A stretch of 64,000 bases of DNA, taken from positions 70,242-134,241 of the forward strand of contig WOZK01000030.1 in NCBI GenBank assembly GCA_011620275.1. The letters run 5' to 3'. This document shows, piece by piece, positions 55,101 through 61,100 of this stretch. The stretch is from Candidatus Omnitrophota bacterium. Its GTDB lineage: Bacteria > Omnitrophota > Gorgyraeia > Gygaellales > Profunditerraquicolaceae. The notes under the pieces are model-generated. The model did not search any database, had not been told where the DNA came from, and saw only the letters and a list, made by a program, of their open reading frames with translations. How positions within the stretch are numbered: the first letter of the stretch is position 1; each line of letters begins with the position of its first letter. The position numbers and the translations under genes are program-made.

Positions 55101-58100
55101 TTTTTCCAGAATGTTAAGCATATTTTCGAAAGAAGAAACACCCATTATTTCCCGTATTCTCCGCAACCGTTGTAAATACAAACCCCTTTCGCTTCCGCTC
55201 TCATCCGCTGCCAGCCGCAATAACAATGTTCCCGCCTTCTTTGTGTTGCAATAACATCCGGCGAACCAGCTTCGGAATGCACCCTCATCATCCGTCATTC
55301 TTATTTTCCTGTCTGGAGACAATGGTTTGAACCCGAAAGCTTCCCTTATTCGGCACATCTCAGCGATATCAATCATTGACCAAACCAGAGGAAAAGGGAA
55401 TTTTTGCAGCAGGCCGGTTCCCTGTTTTGAGAACAAATAAGCGATATTAACAGCGGCCAAATGAGGATTATTTTCCGCGATTAAGCGATTCCTGTCCTTT
55501 TCATTCAACCGGCAGCAGCCGCTTTTTTCCAGGTAATTGATCAATACTGCATTCATAATGCCGTCTAAAGATACCCGTCTAAAACCCCAGACGGGTAACT
55601 TACTCCACGTATCGCCGACCAAATCGGACAATTCGTTGGAAGAGAATAAAGCGAACACATCCGGGAAAATATCCGGCAGATGTGCCGGAGGAATGCTGGA
55701 ACCGACGCTCACCGAAGTTTGCCGGGTCATACTCTTTTCCGCTCCTGTCAAAAACGCTTTCAAAAATGATTTATTTGAGCGCACGGCGCGGAAAAACTCT
55801 TTATGCGGGCCGCAATCACCGAATAGAGCAAGCAGTGAATAAAACAAAACCGTTATACTAAAGTCAAACAGCCGTATTTCTTTATTCTTGCCGCTGATCC
55901 CGGTCAAAACGGCAAGCTGTTTCAAATCAAATAACGCCTCATGCAACTCTATATTAGAGGTGGAGTGCTGATCGTAAGTACGGGAGAGATATGTTGTGGA
56001 CGTACCCGAATCTCTAAAAAGAGGGGTGCGGATACCGGGGGTAACATATATTGCACAATCCGGCGGGGTATTGGGAAGCAAAGATATGGCAAAAAGAAAC
56101 TTTTGTTCAATCCCGGGATTACTGCGGCTTGCCGGCATATCCAACTGCCCGCCGGCAATCTTACCGGCGCGATACGTAAACCTTCTCTCCCAAAAACGGC
56201 TATTGCTGAATATAAGAGGAAAGACTTTCTCCCCTCCGTCTCTGCCCGGATTTTTCGCATCCTTCGGAGAACGTCTTGTTACCTTACACCCGTATTGGAC
56301 CACAATAACGGTAATTTGGGCAGACGTCTTTTCAAAAGGCAATCCGGACAAGATTCTTTCCGCTAATGATACCGCCTCTAGATCAACAATCCCTTTTCCG
56401 TTTACATATCTTTCGAATGCCAACAGGTATTCGCCCAGGGCTTCCGCGTTGGTGTTCTTTTTTCTGCTTCTATCAGTCAAGATGGCATCTATTCCCGGCA
56501 TATAATTCATCAAAGACAACCGATGAATAAACGTATCCCAAGCGGTATCCTTTTCTATAATACGCCGCATTTCCTCGGAGAATTTGGCGCGCAGAAAGTG
56601 GAGTAGCCCTTCTCCTAACTTCTTGTTGAGATACGCCAGATCACAGCGTTGTGCGCTTAACGCCTGCCGGAAAAGAGGCAGCCAAAAACCGTAGAATTCC
56701 GAGTCTTCTCCGGACAATCTGAATAACTTTCTCTCATCGAAAACCCAGGCTTGTTCCGTTCCATTGACGACAGTATATCCTTTGTCAGACAGTTCTTTTG
56801 CTTTTGTCGGCGGGACCTCCGTCACTATTCTGTCGATATATTCAAACTTGCCGCTATTTAATTGTGAAAGTAACTCTTTCTGATTAACGATACACATATT
56901 GCCTTTTGTTGAATATCCGACTCCCAGACCCTTCAGGGACGTAAGCAATTTTTGCGAACTGCGCAATTTTAAATCAGCATCCCCGCCGTCATTTTTACGG
57001 TTATTCCGCGCGCCGGTTGCTCCCATTTCTTCGAGAACGCGTTGAAAAGAAGGGTTTTCTTTCCTTAAACTCAATTCCCCGGCTTCCACAAAACCCCTGA
57101 ATGAGCCTTCAGCAGCTACTTCCCTCATTATTCTTTGCAGTTCAATCAACTCACGCTGCAAATCCGATGCCGTTTGCCCGGAGAAAAAACCCAACACCAC
57201 TTTTAGATTCTCTAAAGTGGGGGGTATACGATAACCGGCAAATAGGCCGGCTAACGGATGCTGAACAAGAACACCCGGTTGCAGCTTGTTGAACGTTTCT
57301 TTTGGTCCATAAGGCAGTGAATACGATAACGTGATCAGATATTCAGAGATTAATCCTACATCGGCGGCATTCCACACCGCTTCCCAGATACGCACTTCTT
57401 TATCATCTAAAACTGCCTGTATTCGATCAATCCCTCTATGAACGGAACGTAAAGAATTCAAATGAAAAAGAGCTGATTTGAATGCGCGCATCCTAATTTG
57501 CATATTTATCTTTTCATCAAGTTCTTTCCTGAACGAAATAAAGTTCTCTTGATCGAAACTCGGTGTTTCTGTCTCGACTAACCCCGTGCCGCAAGATACC
57601 GGAAAAATCCCTTCGTCATTTTCACACTGGTAAAGACCTGCCTCTCCTCTAAGGCAGGGTGTTATTCCACTAGGCCCTGGTAAAATCCAGCGCTCTGTGG
57701 GATAGTCTGCGCTCCTTTCATCGCCAACGCCCGCGTGAACATGCGCCGGGCGTTTACGGGATTTCCCTGATTTTACGGAAGCGGGACACTCATTACGCCG
57801 GGAGTTTTTCTTCCACTCGTTGTATTTCTGTGTCAGTAAATCATCGTAGTATTTACCGCCGGGATTAGTCAGTTTTTTCACCCAGGCGTAAAAGGCGTCA
57901 TACGTGATCCTTTTTCCATTAGACCGCAGAAGTTCGAATCCTTTATGGGGGTTATAATCGCTCTTTTTAAGCGCTGAAACAACTTCTTCAGCGGTCAATC
58001 TGTTTTTGTTGTAATCACCGGCGAACTTCTTGTCGTATCCAGGCTCCCCCGGTGTGGTCAACCTGTAAACCACTGTGTCCATCACGCCGCGGCTTACCAA

Positions 58101-61100
58101 CTTGCCATTGGAACACAAATGCCTCAAGGCTGCATTTGTACGGAAACCATTCTCCCGCATCGCTTTTTTTATGTCCTCCCGCGAGGCCTTACCGGCCGGC
58201 ATATTCTTGATACCCTGTACAGGCACAGATACCTTTTTGCCTGGATCCCCGGATTTCTTAAGATGATCTCCGAATAATCCGAATTCCTTTTCCTTAGCAC
58301 GGAATTCCGCGCTTTTCTTGCGTAATCTTCGCACCCTCGTTTTGAAAGTATTCAGCTTGACCACATATCCTTCCTTTTGAAGCAAAGCGAGAGCGCGACT
58401 ACCGTGAAAATTAGTTCTCTCCATGCAATCAAGGATAACTTCATCCGGGACTCTGTCGGCATAGAACTTCTCTTTAACAGCAGCTTTGTGACGTTCGATG
58501 ACTTCTAAATACTTGGGGTCTTTCCTCAACTGCCGATAATGATGTTCACTGATCCCCAGACGCTTAATTGCCGATTCTATAACGCCTCCGGCATCCGCAA
58601 GCGCCTGGTCAAGCTCTTGCGGGGAAGGGCTGATAGAAGGAGGATAAACTCTTTTATTCCTATCCCTGCCGATAATAAAATAGTACCCTTTACCTTCTCT
58701 GTCAGAAACAGGACTGCCTTCTTTATCCTTGATAATCCGGACTGCTCTTACTCTGCCATCTTTGATCACCACCTCGGCCTCTGCTTGAGGAAATCGAGAG
58801 AAAGTTTTCCATGTGCGGTTGCCCACATAGACTGCTCCGGAAGGAGGCAATATGAAATTCTTTAACGTATGGTCCTGCAATTTACTTAATTCTTTTCCGG
58901 ACAAATGGAACCGTTTCCCCTCCATCGCACTTGTCGCATTATTCCAGACCTCAAACGGGACAGACATCTTATACCGCCCGTCCCCGCCGTCATTGTTAAG
59001 AACTTTTTGTATAATCTTCCCCAGAAAAGCGGCGTCTCTTGCCGCAACCCTCTTAATATTCTCAGGGGTAGATTCATATTCAAGGATAAATACTTCCGAA
59101 AAACCGCGTTCTTTAATCAATATTTTCAATACTTCTTCCAGCGCGCCATTCAACGAAAGGGCCTTATATAAAGGAAGATGGATTTCTTTTGTCATCTGAT
59201 TAAGGAAATCGCTTCCATGAGCGTGAACTACCGCTATGGGAATATCCGTATCAAGTTCACGCAGAAATTTATCAGGAGCGCCTTGCGGAGAAGCCAAAGC
59301 ATGTCCCAAATCCAGCGTCATCCCCAGATGTTTTTTCTCCCGGGAGCTTAAAATCCCGGATAAAGACGCGAATGTCGAATTCATATCAGCCGCGCTATGC
59401 CAGTCCGCGTTTAGCTTTATTGGGATCTGATGGACATTTTCTATGCTCAAAACAACCTTTTCCCTTTCAGCTAACCGGACCAAAGGAAGAACACTGTCGG
59501 TGAATAGTTTTCCCGGAGTAGTCAAATGCATAGTAACCGCGCGCGCGCCGACTCGTGAAGCAAATTCAATTGTCTCCCGAATCGCCCGCGTATTTGCCTG
59601 TTCTTTAACAATATCGACATGCGGGGCGTGACAGGTCAAATAAACCGCGTTTTCTTCCGATGCCGCCTTTAGCGCGTCAACCGTGCTTGGACTGACAGAA
59701 GAAGGCCTGTATCCCGAAAACGCTATTTCAAGGCTGTTCAAATTTCCCCCGATCTCATTAACGGCTTTCAGCAAAGGAATAATGCCGCTGGCATCAGCGC
59801 CTTTCCAATAAGACGGTCCGGTTTTAAGCTCATATCCGCCGTCTTCTTTATCTCCTTCACCTGCCTGTTCACAAGGTTTATTCCCAAGCATAAGGTGCGC
59901 TGTAATCATAATAACATCTTCATCCGCCGGCTCATCCACCGGGCTGATTTCAATATAGAACTCACCTTCTCCAATCTCCTCCGGAGAGCAAGATTCCGTA
60001 TATCCGGCTTGCCGGAAGGCATTCAATATTTCCTGATATGCCGGCTCAACACCGCCAAACGCTTCCGCATGGACAACGAAGGTAATAGCGTTGGATAATT
60101 CCGATTTTCCTACACTGGATAATGCCGCTCTTCTGAGAATAAGCAGGCTGGAGGCCAGGTATTCATCAATCCCCAGATACCAGTTGCTTTCATCCGGCAT
60201 TACCACTGAAGGAATATTAAACAGCCACTGCAGCTCTCCGACCGGAATCTCAACCGGCACTTCGGTGATCACGCCTTTTTCATCGATCTCAATCCATTTA
60301 TTTCCATTCTCATAGTCTCGATCCGGAAAATCCTCTCTGCGGTGCGGCCCTATGGACTGCTCGGAGTATAAAGCACAAAGGATCACTGCCCAGGAGAAAT
60401 CGAGTTTATTGCGCAGTTCCAGAGCCTTTCTGGTTGTCAAGGTCATCTCCGAAATTTTTTCCCGCATCTCCTCTACCGCCCTCTTTGCTTCTGTCAGGCC
60501 TTCTTTATTCCTGGTCAACCACACATTTTTCTGCATTATTTCTCCCATCCGCCTATCCATCGCTTCAACATCAGACAGTTCTTCTCCCGGAGAAACACGG
60601 TATAATACTTCAGGAATAGCTATACCCGCCAAAGAAAGCTCTTCTTTTCCAAAAACATACTCCTTCATCGCCATAGCCGCGTTAAAAGCCATCTGTAAAA
60701 GCTCGGATAAGGAATTACTCGCCATGCGCTCTGCGCCATGAAGCCCGGTATATGCCGATTCTCCCAAAACAAACAGCCGTTTGAGCAAAGATCTGCCGGA
60801 TTTGTTCACGGGCGCGCCTCCTATGGTATAATGTGCCGCCGGCGCAATCCTGATCAAGTGTTCGGCCTCGTTAAAATTCTTGTCGCGCTTTTTAATCTCT
60901 TCATAGAGATTACCGAAATGCTCCTTAAAATCTTCCATATCGGGTATAAATAGGTAAACATATGGCTTGCCCGACTTCTCCATTTCCTGCAATATCGCCA
61001 GAGAAACCACATAACGTTCCGCCATTTCCAGCTTAGGGTCGTATTTATGCATGAAAAAGACCGGATTTCCGTCCTCATCAGGCTCAAGAACACAAAGCCG

